A DNA stretch of 60,603 nucleotides, counting the filler, from Sphacelaria rigidula (taxonomy: Eukaryota): the NCBI GenBank assembly GCA_964200075.2. It is 10 parts of 10 records of this genome, joined end to end, with 100 filler letters (N's around TTAATTAATTAA, not from the genome) between each part and the next. Parts side by side here need not be neighbours in the genome. Positions count along the whole stretch, not along the records: positions 36,425 to 42,394 come from CAXNAA020023114.1; positions 42,495 to 48,464 come from CAXNAA020023115.1; positions 48,565 to 54,534 come from CAXNAA020023116.1; 7 more parts are not named here. The stretch is one strand, 5' to 3'. A program made the translations under genes and the position numbers. The notes under the pieces were generated by a model. The model had not been told where the DNA came from. It was given only the letters and a program-made list of their open reading frames with translations, and did no database searches. Positions 38,026 to 49,989 of this stretch are shown here, in pieces. Numbering within the stretch: position 1 is the stretch's first letter; each line of letters starts with the position of its first letter.

Positions 38026-39218
38026 GTTCAACCCAATCAGCCTCCTTGCATGCCAGGGTATCGCAAGCGCGGACGAAAAGCGACCCAGTGGCATGTAACA
38101 TATGAGGAACAGCAGCGGAAATAACGATAGGGTTCTGATTTTTGAATGCAGTACACTCTTTCTCGATATGAATTTTGGATCCATGCCGTTCTCTTCCGAC
38201 GACGTAAGGCACATTTTACCCCACGAGCCTGGATAAGCCCCAGAAGTCGGTCTGTTTGTGTCTATTCGTGCTTTTGGTCGGTGACACTTTTTTTGGCCAT
38301 TTTGGGTTGTCAGGCGCGCCCATAACTGTGACTGTAGTGTGGACCCCCCTGTTCCCGTGGATTCGTACTCCGTATTTCGTTGGGGTTCGGGTTGGGGTTA
38401 AGGATGAGGCTGGAGGGGGGTCGGGTTGGGCTGGGTTGGTGAGATGGTCAACAGCGGCACAAGGGGCCACTTTGCAAAAATACCTTCACCTCAATGGCTG
38501 GCGGTTTGGTGGAGAGCCCTTGCTTCTTGAGCAGTCTTTGACGCACGTACCCTCATTAGTATGGCCAGGAGAACTCCACCAAGCACACCACAGTAATGAA
38601 CGCAAACGCTCGACCACCCTACGAGCGCTACCATCACAGTGGAGAAGCACTGCAGTTCGCAGCACCGCCCATGTTACAATGCTACCGTATGTGGGACGAT
38701 ATGAATCATGGTTTGTCCATATTCACCTCTCCCACGAATCAAAGGAGTTACGCATGCGATTCGCGCAAGAGATCTCCGTATCTATTCTGGGCTCGTGATT
38801 CGTGCGGTGCAGCACTACTGTCTGTGGGGATTTATGGACGGAACGTACATAGTTTGTCCTTACTGTTCGTGCCGCACTAGAGTACTTGGGACGTAAATGA
38901 GCCCGCTCGCCATTCGTGCCATAATACAGCACTTCGAACGTACATTTTTCCTCCTCTGTGATTCAGACTTCACCACTCTCCGGCACATACTTCCCACTCC
39001 GCAATTTTGAGGAGCTATGACCAGTACGAATCAGAAGTCGTTCTACATGTGAAAGCTACCAATGCTACGCTGCGTATCGCACAGCTGGCACCGCAAGTTG
39101 AGCATTCGGCACGACGCATTGTGGCCACAGTATAGGTGGTAAAGTATAGGTGCTACCGTCTCCTACCCCCTCCCATTCGTGTGCGGGTGTTGTGTTGTTC
39201 GAAACAAGAGTGATTCAG

Positions 39219-39477
39219 GGCCGACACCTTCTACGATAGCCTCCCTCCAAAATGTGCCTGGTTTGGAGAGGCAAAATGTTCACGTAAATCGAAATGAAAA
39301 AAGCCGAGCACAACGAGTAGCTGGGAATTCCCACGCTTGGGTTCGTTCTCGCCAATGTCGCCCATATGAGGCGCTTCATGCAGCGTGAATCCAAACATCA
39401 GGCGCTGTATGACCATTGTTTTCGTGACAGGTTTGGGCTGGTTTTGGCGGGGGGGGGCTACGGTAAAAATTGTCGGC
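39219..39477. mobile_element. MITE family C, complete copy
   Basis: Imperfect TIRs ggccgacaccttctacgatagcc / ggctacggtaaaaattgtcggcc; interior shared with the 5170 and 55504 copies. Confidence 0.8.
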
Positions 39478-40779
39478 CACGATGCGTGCCTGGACAATTT
39501 CAGGCGATCTGAGGGGAGGTGGCGGTCAAAGGGTGTTGGTATTGTACCCGAGAACCGTTCCACAAGAGGCATACGGTATTGTACATCAACTGTACTGTGC
39601 TTTAAGATGTACGCAATTGTTGTTGAAGCGACTGAGATGATACGACTCAGACAGGGCCATGCCCGAGGTCGACTACCGAATTAACCAATGTGTACCATGC
39701 CGTACTATGCGAACCTGTTTCTCAGTGCAATCCGATTGACAGTGCAAAACACTTAGTTCCACGTTACCGTGCACATGCTATCCCTTTGGTCGCAGACCGT
39801 ACGTGTTTCAATTCTTTACGTCAGTCATTTTCCATAAATCTACCACCCGTGGTCACAAAGCCATGGCACAAAATGACATAAGACAAGGGTAAAGAAATAA
39901 TACGCCCATAAACAGGAAAACACGGCGCCCCGAGGAGCGGGGTTCTACGCACACGTCAGCAAAAAATGAAACAAACAAGATATACATACTGCTCAAAATA
40001 TCAACATCAACAAAAAAATAGTCTGCGACATGGTGCGTGAACCAGCAGAGGCGAAAACAAAAGGATTTAAAAAGTAGGGAAGTGCATAGAGAGGCATACC
40101 GAGCAAGTCAGGAAAGGGCAAAGGCAAGGCGGGACGACGCACTGCAAGGCAAAGCACGGTAAAATGACGCGGGAAGGGCCAAACGATGATGGGACGAATA
40201 TGACGAGCTTCCAAAAAGGAACGGGTGAATATAACAAAACAGGCCAGAACAGGGTTGGACAGAACAAACTAGGGGTAAAACCAAACAAACTAAACCAAGA
40301 ACATAACAAAAGTCAAGACAAGACGAAGGGGGAAGAAAAAAAGGGAGGGCGGTGTTGTCAGTCGGTCACAAATCTCGCCACGCGCTTTGCCTCCTGCGCC
40401 TTCGTGTCTTCTCCGGCAGTGGTGCAGGGGCGCCCCCTTCCGCTTTCCTATTTTATTTTTTTCCTCCTCCTGTCTCCTTTGCTGTCTCGCTTTTTTTCGG
40501 TCCGTCCGCAGCCTCGCTCTCCCTCGTTTGTCCTTTTGCTTCACGCTTGGCTCTCTTCTAACGACGCTCCACCGGTGCTTCCTGTTCTTGTCAGTGCCGT
40601 TTCGCCATGAAGTATTTCACCCCCTTCGCTCACCTTACAGTACCATCTTTCTGGTTGCTTCGCGCTCGTTTTCCACCTCCTGTGCCCCTTCTCATTGTTG
40701 AAGAGTTTAATGACTGTTTTAGCCAATGCATCCAGTCGAGCTCTTGCCCCTCTCTGTACCCCTCTCCCCCCCTCCAACG

Positions 40780-42050
40780 TTCCAATACTCTGGGAAATGG
40801 AGAGTGACCGCGAACGTGAACAACATGCGCGGTACGTGTATGTAACGAAAATCAGAGGAACCCGGTCAAGTTCAAATGGGAGTGGGGAGAAGAGAACCTG
40901 CCGATCGTAGACCAGTATACATACCGTGGCGTAGATATCTAGAAAAACTGTTCTTGGGATGCACACATGGATGAAGTAATAGAAAAGGGGTAAGGCACAG
41001 ATAAGCAGGATGGACGTGATCCTCAGAGACCCGCGCCTAGACACTAGGATGAAGAGATGTATCCTGATGAACGTGATTGTACCAAAGCTGGAATATGCAG
41101 GAGGAGTATGGGAGGGGAACGCGAAGTTGGTGAAGAAGTTGGAAACAGTACAGATGGCAGCAGCTGAGAAAATACTTGCGTGCTCGAAAACGACGAGTAA
41201 TACAGCCTTGAGAGCAGAGTTGGGAATGTACGCACTAACAAGCAGAGACTTGAGAAAAAAAAAAAGTATAGCGCAAAGAACACGCAGAGGAAAATATTGC
41301 CAGCGATAGTTGCGCTGTATGGAAGAAAATGACGAAAGGGCAGGCTAGAGTAAGATGGGATAGAGGAGTCGAGAAAGTATGGAAGGAAGTAGGAGGAAGC
41401 CAAAACGAACTACTGCCCATGGGTGAAGGTGCGAGGTACAAGACAAAAGTAAGAGAAATGACTGAAATAAGGGGAAAATAAACGCTCAGACACATAGTAG
41501 ACGAGGAAGAGCACCTGAAGACATACGGGGGGCTGGGAGAGGAGATAAGAATGGAAACATGTCTGCATGACCAATGGACGCGGCGAAAAAATGGAAACCG
41601 CGATTTCGGATGGGGGACCTGGATGGACCTGCCACAAAGATGAAAGATATATTCCAGTTGTCGGGGGGAAGAGAAGAGAGATGCACAGGATTGCCCCCGT
41701 GGCCAAGCAATAAAGAGCAGAACTCATATAGTGGCGGAATGTGAACTATACAAGGAGGAACGGGACGTGTTGAAGGGGGGTATGCGTGACGTGAACGAAG
41801 GGGGCATGAAATCGTTTGATGGATTAGATAGTAGGGAGAAAGCGATGGCTGTACCAGGAGATGGGTGATGGCCACAGACGGCGGAACAGGACGGGGATAA
41901 GATATGTAAAAGCTTTTTGTGCAACTTGTGGAAGAGACGTATGAGCACCTAACTGGTGGAGGTGTCTCTATTTGGAGTAGGAGCGGTGCTCCATCTCGAA
42001 TGGGATGCGTGGTCACTGGTCAAACGACTAAGGCAAGCAACAAATGAGTA
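40780..42050 (+). mobile_element. 5'-truncated non-LTR retrotransposon (LINE): RT C-terminus, thumb, CCHC-like finger, 3' end type A
   Basis: WRVTANVN, LPIVDQYTYRGV (YxYLGV), VPKLEYAGGVW, LETVQ, TSNTALRAELG, THIVAECELY; frameshifted; ends ...GCVVTGQTTKASNK* gta. RTEX/Ingi-like clade is inferred only. Confidence 0.9.
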
Positions 42051-42070
42051 CGCCCCCCGCCCCCCCCACA

Positions 42071-42394
42071 GCCTGGTCCGGCGAGAACGCGGCGTGCCCC
42101 GTCCCGGCTTTGTAGGGGCGAACCCCCTGAGGTTGGCGTCGGTCGGCAACGACGCTGTAAAACACGCCACTCACTGCGTCAGCTAGGCAACCAGGTTACC
42201 GATTGTTTTTGCACCGCTCGCGCTTTTTTGCGGTAACCATGATGACAGTCGCGCTAGATCATGTTGTGCGGCGTGGAAAAACCTCAACTCCGCACAATGG
42301 GGATGATCGTACCACGTAGTGTTTACATGGTAAGACACCCATGGGGCAGTGTTTAAGCCGTGGCTGTCTCTGGAATTGGCGTTACCAGAAAATA
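42071..42394 (+). mobile_element. Long structured module (head + body), probable LINE 5' region or long non-autonomous derivative, cut by contig end
   Basis: Starts with the same gcctggtccggcg...gtcccggctttgtaggg head as the short SINE and continues colinearly with 53473-53725. Confidence 0.85.
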
Positions 42395-42826
42395 NNNNNN
42401 NNNNNNNNNNNNNNNNNNNNNNNNNNNNNNNNNNNNNNTTAATTAATTAANNNNNNNNNNNNNNNNNNNNNNNNNNNNNNNNNNNNNNNNNNNNCGGTAT
42501 CACGGGAATATTCCCGAGAGGAGCCTTGGTTATTGTTAGTTTGTTCGGAAAAATCAACCTTAAATATACAACCAAAGCTTCAGGTCTCCTATCAGATCGT
42601 GATCTCATCAACCCACTTCCGCACGACACATATTTTTCTTGGGATCATGACCCGTGGTTTTTTTCATCACCTTTCGTACCTGGCCATGTATCCAAGGCCC
42701 TGTGAGGGGTTTGTCAGTGACACCTACCTGCCAAACATGCCTGGTGAAGTGTATTGCAAGAATAACCGTAAATAAAACCTCAAATGAAGGTAGCCAGGAA
42801 ACACTCGGGCGAAAGCGGCGCGAGTG

Positions 42827-43070
42827 AGCCCCAACCCTAACCCAAACCCTGACCCTAATCCGAACCCCAATCCAAATCCTGACCCTGACCCTGATCCTGA
42901 TCCTGATCCTGACCCTAACCGAAGGTATGCGAAGAACCCTCGGGTAAAGTTGACGCAGTTGGTTCCCCTAGCGAATAGTGTGGTTCTGCAGAACACAACA
43001 CGGTTCCGCAGGTGGCGATTTGGGCAAAACGTTGCCTGCACGGGCTGACGAGCGCTCGGGGCTGTCAGTC
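42827..43070 (+). mobile_element. Degenerate (CCCTAA/CCCTGA/TCCTGA)n array (~15 hexamers) followed by a diverged family E core
   Basis: Hexamer array 42829-42920, then gaaggtatgcgaagaaccctcgggtaaag...gcaggtggcgatttgggcaaaacg. Confidence 0.65.
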
Positions 43071-43221
43071 TCATCCGAACCTCAGTTGTCTATATTGAAA
43101 TAAGGTGTCCTGAAAAATGAGGTTGAACAGTCAAACGGGGTTGAAGTCGCCTTCCGAAAAGTAAGATTTTACTTCAACGATGTATATGGAAAATAACCCT
43201 TTTTTCCTCGCACAAGCCATG

Positions 43222-43293
43222 CATACATACATACATACATACATACATACATACATACATACATACATACATACATACATACATACATACATA
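43222..43293. repeat. (ATAC)n microsatellite
   Basis: Direct reading. Confidence 0.97.
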
Positions 43294-43511
43294 CCACTGT
43301 GCCATCATGAACCTCCTTGCTTGCGGGACGAGATGTTGATTTACATCAAGATTAATGTTTTTTTTCACTGTTCGTCTTCGTCTTCATGTGTGTATCATCG
43401 TACAGCTACGTTTTAATCCCCCCCCCCCCCCCCCTCCCTGCCGCAATCATTTCATTTGTGATACTCTCCTTCTCTACTCTTGTCACTCTTTGGTGTTGAT
43501 TGCTGGGGCAG

Positions 43512-43648
43512 AACTACCACTGGCAGTGGCTATCGTTCCTGAGCGCAGGTTCTACTGCGGGATACGTGTTCCTGTACTCCACATATTACTTCTTTTTCAA
43601 GACCTCGCAGACGGGCTTCATCCAAATCACCTTCTATTTCGGATACAT
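43512..43648 (+). CDS. TM9SF3: Transmembrane 9 superfamily (nonaspanin) member, penultimate exon
   Basis: [46 protein letters not shown]; cag acceptor, gtgagt donor at 43649, phase 2; not shown in the ORF track. Confidence 0.92.
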
Positions 43649-45042
43649 GTGAGTCATTTTGTTCTTTTCAAGCACGTTTCCTTTTGCTTCCCCTTTTTTT
43701 TTCTTGTCAATGCTGTTTTTTTCGCGACACACATGTTACGCCGTCGTACCTCGTCGGTCGTCCACCTGCTACCTGTGCGGCCAATTTGGGCTGAGTCGAT
43801 GGATTCAACTTCCGGGACGACGGATATATCATCATGATGGCTCATCAATATATATTTTTATTCCCAAGGATATGTTTTTTCGTCGTTGAAAGCGTGAATA
43901 TGATAGTTTTTTGTAGCAAAGAAAACGATCCGGCGAAGGTGGAAAGGGTTCAGAAGTGCTGCTGATGCAATCTCAGGAATTCACATCAGATATAGGGTGT
44001 AACGGGGGAGAGATGGGTTCATCCATTGAGACGGCGGGCCGCGGATGGAGGGCGGTGCAAGAAGGTCAACAGCATGGCGAAAGGGGAAAATATGCGTGCG
44101 GAGGCGTGCAGAGTGGGGAGGTGGACCGCTTCTCTGTCCGTCTTCTTGCCTTTGGACGTGTTAGAGTCCACATGGCGCGAAATGTGTTGTTTTTTGAACC
44201 GGAACATGGTGATATGTGAAGGCGTACTAGGGAAACGTGTACGCCCGACTTGGACCGTATTGCAGCTACCTTGTGAGTATCGGTGTTGCTGTTGGTTTGG
44301 GGGTCGATTAAAAGTACTTGACAATTCGGGTCGAATAATTTATCTTGGGCATCTGTCCGACTAGTTCAGTGTTGTAACTTGGCTTCTGATTATCTGTCGT
44401 CGCTTTTGTTTTGGCGAGTCATTCGAACATACTTTATACCCACGTTTGTATGTACATGCCTTTTTTAGGGGCATTGGGAGGCCCACTCAACATTTTCCCG
44501 TGATAGACAATTGCTTCTCGTCCCCCCGTCCTTCTTGATGTGAGACGTGGAAAGCCACCCATGGCGTGTCCCGTGCTTCGAATGACCGGCCGAAAATAAC
44601 ACACACCCCAAAAGCCTCCATTGTATTTGGGGAAGTCATTTTTTTCGCCGTGGAACCCCTCCCCCCCCCCCCCCCCCTGCCCCCACCCCAACTTTTACTT
44701 TATTCTTGTTTTTTTTTTTTTTTTTTTTTNNNNNNNNCCGAAAATAACACCCCCCCCAAAAGCCTCCATTGTATTTGGGGAAGTCATTTTTTTCGCCGTG
44801 GAACCCCCCCCCCCCCCCCCTCTCTGGCGGACCGAACCTAATATCCTCGATCGCCGTGTTTTTCTCTAATTTTCCAGGACCGGTGAAAGAATTTGACGAC
44901 TTCACAGCTTGTTTCAGTGGCTGCATCTATAGTGACAACATGCATCGCGTTGCTGTCGTTCGACTGTGATGCAGTACAAGGAATGACGATCAGCCCGATT
45001 GATATCTTGAGTCGCACTACTAGTTACCACGCTTGAACGTTC

Positions 45043-45082
<40 letters not shown>

Positions 45083-45369
45083 CCTGAGGTTATGGCAGAG
45101 CTCCTTCCTCCCTCCTGTACATACTGTACCACTCCCGAGTGTAAACTTTCAGGCTTTTGAGGCCTCATCTTGGGTCTCTGACACTCGTCACCCCCGTGTT
45201 TGTATATGCTGTACAGTAGTCGACCGTATTTCACGTGTAGCCAAGCGTTTTTCTGTCGTCTCAAGGACCCTCGTTCCCTCCGCACCGCCGAACCGTTTAC
45301 GGTCGTCTGTATTTTGTTTCTGTTCGTACCAATGTACGCTGCGTGACTGCACGCGTTGCCAACTTACAG

Positions 45370-45472
45370 GGGGCTCTTCTGCGCGGCGCTGTTCGTCATG
45401 TGCGGGTCTATAGGACTTATGGGGAGCACGGTGTTCGTGAAGCAGATATATCGCAACATTAAGGTCGACTGA
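45370..45472 (+). CDS. TM9SF3: Transmembrane 9 superfamily member, last coding exon
   Basis: tacag acceptor completes AT|G; GLFCAALFVMCGSIGLMGSTVFVKQIYRNIKVD*, the characteristic FVxxIYxxxKxD terminus. Confidence 0.93.
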
Positions 45473-46119
45473 GGCAATGAGCCGTGTGATGACGACGGCC
45501 ACTATTGTCTACTCCGGATCACAGGATGCAGCGTATGGGTGTATGTGTGTAGCTTGCTTGATCTTGTGTTCCGCTTCTATTTTTCAGCACAAGCAGGGCC
45601 TAATGTATTTTCTCCCGTGCGCCGAGTCCTGATGGCTGTTGATGCGAACATAGTTCGGCAGTGCACCCGGGCCTTCGGGCGTTCCCCTTACATCGGTTCT
45701 TTTATTTACATTTCTCTTGAATATATAGTGCAAGTTTTGTTTTTTTACAGCTTTTTGTGTGTGGTTGATCTGGAGTGGTTTGGGGTTCTTGTAGTTCGTT
45801 TGTTTTTCTTAAGATAAGGCTAGAAGTGGAACGCATGTCGATATAAAGGATATAGCCTCGCGTAGGGTGTGGCTTTTCCTTTCTTAATAGCTTTTACCTT
45901 TGTAAGAACCTAAGCACCGCAAAGAGTCTCTGACTGTCTGTTTGTCTATTTGTCTGTCTGTCTCTTTGTGATGTTTTTTTTCTTCAGAAAGTGACAACAG
46001 AGATGGGGAGAGCACGTGCTTGAAAAAATGCAGTAGAAATTCCTCGAACCGGCGACACACATCCGTGGTTGAATGGTACTTGATCTCAGTGTTGGCCATA
46101 ATGTCCAGATTTTCACGGC

Positions 46120-46295
46120 GCTGACAATTCTCAAAGGCTAGCCCAGTGGGGGCAGCGCGCTTGTTGGCTCAAATCGGCGCAGGCGCCGATTTGAGCCCTA
46201 CTAGCGCATACTTTTCCTAGGGCACTCTAGGCCTGCGCCCTCTGCCCAAGGGTTCTCGGTCTGCCGTGTGATAAGGATAGAGTTAAGGTTAGGGC
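46120..46295 (-). mobile_element. Hairpin element family E copy with telomere-like end
   Basis: Perfect 14-bp hairpin gctcaaatcggcgc/gcgccgatttgagc; tgcccaagggttctcggt; ends agagttaaggttagggct on +. Confidence 0.7.
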
Positions 46296-48160
46296 TACAC
46301 AAAGACTTTAAGTTCGACAAACACGGAGTATGTTGGCCATTGATTTGTGTCGTGGGGTTTACGGTAATCCCCCTCGAAGGTTGCTACCACAGAGATATAG
46401 CACGTCCTTGTGTTCTTGGGGTTACTAAAGTGCGTTGACCTATACGAAACCCGGGATGGGGTGCTTCCAACGTGATGAGGATCGTGCTTGCTGTTAGCTG
46501 ACACGGCCGATCGCAGATCGAGAAACACTGTGTACGATGACGACACCGATGTTTGTGTTTGTGCGGTGGTTGTTGGGATACGGTCTTGATTCAGGCTCTT
46601 TTTGTGGATTCTGCGGGGACAAAGAAGAATGTTCCTGATTTTCCCTTCCTTGGGGTGAGGCAAACGAGGCGAATCCGTCGTATACTGGCAGTCAACTCTT
46701 CTGACCCTGCTGTCTTATTAATACGGAAAATGAATGAAATAATTGCTTTCACATGCCTGCACCTGAACAGAGTATCGTCGGTTGACGGATCTCTTGACGC
46801 TTTACAGGTTTATGACAAGCTCTTGGCATTGGTATGTTTTGCCGGTGTGACTTACTTGTGTGTCTGTGTTGCCGTAGCATACTGTATAGTTCTATTGTAG
46901 CAACCCTACTGGTAGACTTGTCATATGCGTGTAGGTAGTTGAGGGCTCAGAACGTCTTGTCTAGTAGTGAGCACAAATGGCGCCGTCGCTTTTTTTTGTT
47001 TCGTGGGAGATACTCCGCTTTAGCAGATAAATTTCATGTGCTACGCGATCGGATGAAAAGACGACACTTTATGTTTGCCTTTACAGCGATTTGAACGGTG
47101 TGTTTTTCTCGAGCCGGATCATGTCCATTTCATCAACTTTTTACGAGCTGGGCCAGCTTAGAAACGGGTTTGTGCTCTCAAAGCACTATCTTATCGACAC
47201 AGACGAGTTGGGCCGTGATCCCCATATCATATTAATCGTCCAGTCGAGGAGAAGGTGCCCATATGCTCAAAAGTTGGGGCCACTATTTTATCGTTGATTA
47301 AACCCCCATGTCTAGTAATTCCTGCACCGTACGGAGATGGCATCCATACTGAAATCTCTATAAAACCCGAACGATGCAATCAGCGGATGATGATTTTTGA
47401 TGTCAACATTCCCTGGAGCACAGGGAGACGATAGATACCCTCATCTCCATTTAATTTGTCATATCTCGAGATATGGCGCGCGTAAGGTTCTATAGTAAAA
47501 TCAATATATTACAACCAAAGGCAATAGATGCCGTAAATCTAGATGATATCGTCTCAGGTTTTGAGAGTTGTGCTATGAAATTTCGTATTGAGAGTCGCTG
47601 GTGCATAAAACAAATCTAGGAAAAAAGAAGATTTTCTTATTTTCAGTTTTTGTCGAGAAGTTTTGAGGAGAAATGAACATTGCTCTTGGGCCCCATCTCA
47701 GTTTTTAACTCAATTTTCAGAATTGTAATGTGAAACTTAGCATGGAGAACCACAGAGGTATGCTCAATAAAATAAATGGGGCTTCAATTTGTTTTTGGCC
47801 GGAAGAGGTTCGGGCGTTCTCGTGAAAAGTTGTCGTTACCATACTGAAATCCCCAAAACACAGAAAAAATAAATAAAACCCAACCTACACACTTTGCTTG
47901 ATCCATTATGCCCTAGCAAGGTCCCACACAAAACTTCGATACATGAACACCAAACGTGCAAACGTGGGCCGGTAAGTGGCCTGTAAAATACTTCCCTTTC
48001 GAAGGGCAAAATAAAAATGGCGAACTTCCCATTTTTTACAGTGCCCTCTTGGCTCAGTCCAGGTTCCCGATTTCTAGCTATTACGCTGGATACAGCGGGA
48101 AAAGCCGCGCCCGTGTTGTCGGACCGGATACAATCAATAAACAACGCTCGGAAAATAAAT

Positions 48161-48412
48161 AACAGCGGTTCCTGAAAAATGGGGTCCATCTCAAAAATGA
48201 GGTTCAAGTGACATTCCTTTTTTGCAGGGATGCCGCGAAACACTTCCGACCGAGCGAAGCCATATTCCCCCCCAAATGTCCGCAGCAGTTAAGCAGCTGT
48301 GGCTATAGGAACGAATGCGGTGTACACGCGTGTCGATGACGATATCACCAGAGAACAACAAATTGTGCGAATTGAGGTTTAACTCCGACATGAGGTTCAA
48401 GCCTAAAACAGT
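48161..48412 (-). repeat. Repeat family D, complete copy
   Basis: Overlaps both partial copies (6072-6267, 24285-24343); the motif ttgaacctcat recurs near both ends. Confidence 0.85.
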
Positions 48413-48593
48413 GCTTCCCTCACACTTTCAGCGATGGTGCACAATGACGCTTTTGTCGACCTAGNNNNNNNNNNNNNNNNNNNNNNNNNNNNNNNNNNNN
48501 NNNNNNNNTTAATTAATTAANNNNNNNNNNNNNNNNNNNNNNNNNNNNNNNNNNNNNNNNNNNNCCTTCCCCCCTTCCCCCCTTCCCCCCAAC

Positions 48594-48660
48594 GGTGCTT
48601 TGCCTCAAAAGAGATGCGCAGTCAAGTGGTCAAACGATCAACTTGAGCAACAAATGAGTA
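48594..48660 (+). mobile_element. Diverged type A LINE tail between C-rich tracts
   Basis: gatgcgcagtcaagtggtcaaacga...agcaacaaatgagta; (ccttcccc)n upstream and C-runs downstream. Confidence 0.8.
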
Positions 48661-49989
48661 TGCACCCCCCACCCACCCACCCCCACCCCCCTCGCCCGCC
48701 CGCCCGCCCTCATTCGGCACGAATCGGTAGTCTCGAGAAATCCACCGATCTCGTGTCCGGTACCGTACTTTCCCGACATTTTGTCATCAGCAGTTCGATC
48801 AGCACTTGCGTAGCTCATCGACATTCATAGTTTGTTCTGTACCAGTTCATGTCCTCACGCCTTATACCGCGGAAACGAGTAGAATAAACGAAGTGCCCAA
48901 CCACTACTACTACTACGCCAGTTTGACCGCCGCGCAACCTTCCGTCCTACATTCCTCCCCACTGAGCCGTCCCCCTTTCCCCCTTTTTTCAACGCGAGCC
49001 CACCGAGCTGCACATGTGCAGTGAGGGTTTGACTGGTATTGTATTTCAATTTTTGCAATCGACACGAGTCTCGTGGGTGCTCGTTATCCTGAAATTGGAA
49101 ATTGAGCGTTTTAGTTCCACCTCTTTCACCCTTTTTTCTCGTACTACTGCAGTTTGCTTGAAACATCACTTCGCTCTTCCTTCTCGGGACGAGCGCGTAG
49201 TCTCAAGAGATCTACCATCAATCAATCTAACCCCTCCCGGCCCTTAGCTTCTTTTGCATTTCGTTCATCGCCACCTAGTGAGGCAGCTCTCCTCTCGGAG
49301 CTTGTTGAGTATTCATCGACTATCTACGTATATCCATCACCATATTTTGCGTATATCTCTTTTGTTCGCAGGTATTGCCGGCGGTGGCTTGCGCGATCGT
49401 GGATACGGCGGGGCTCTGGCTGATAGACACAGGCACATGTCCGTCACGGATGCGTGTTTGTTCGTGGCGTTGGATTTGACAGAAGAGGCTGTCTTGGATG
49501 CTGGGGCCGGAATGGGAGAGGCTCCGGCCGGATTGCTCCGGGCATGGTGGACACGTCGGGGGTTCTTTGGGCATGAGGTGGTTGAGGCGAGCGGTGACAA
49601 GTTTGGTGCGGGTGGCGGCGTGGCGCTAGCTGGTGAAAGTCGGCATTGGCGGGTGGAACGTGGAGTGATGTCGCCCTTGATAGAAATGCTAGATGAGGTG
49701 ATGGTATAGATGTTGTTTTTATATTTACAAGTATTTACGATACGTGGTAATAAACTAGCAGGTAACCACGACTGTTCCTGTTGGGTTCGCCTACTTACAT
49801 ACTCACACTTGTCATAGTTGTTTGTTCGATGTGATGAAGAGTGATTCCTTGTATTTGGGTATTGGTCAAAGTTGCTTGGTAAAAGTGACGTAAAACTATT
49901 GCAACAAGTATCACCACGTAGCGTAATAACTTCTCGAAGATACTAGATGAGAAAGAGCTCGACACCACCGCTTGGGAGGAGGTAATCAT

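Noticed and set aside
42071..42125. Superficial similarity of the head to the 7SL/Alu 5' end (GCC.GG..CGG, GCGTGC, GTCCC.GCT)
   Set aside because: The UGUNR motif is not in the expected position and no SRP helix 8 is recognisable; short GC-rich matches are unreliable. An Infernal SRP search would settle it.
42829..42920. True telomere or telomerase RNA template
   Set aside because: The tract is internal, degenerate and attached to a multi-copy element.
44590..44820. Direct duplication of ~80 bp around an 8-N gap
   Set aside because: Near-identical sequence on both sides of a scaffold gap next to homopolymers is most likely an unmerged assembly overlap.
49254..49709. 151-aa plus-strand ORF with an acceptor-like site at 49371
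   Set aside because: No recognisable motif; lies in the presumed LTR region of the Gypsy relic.
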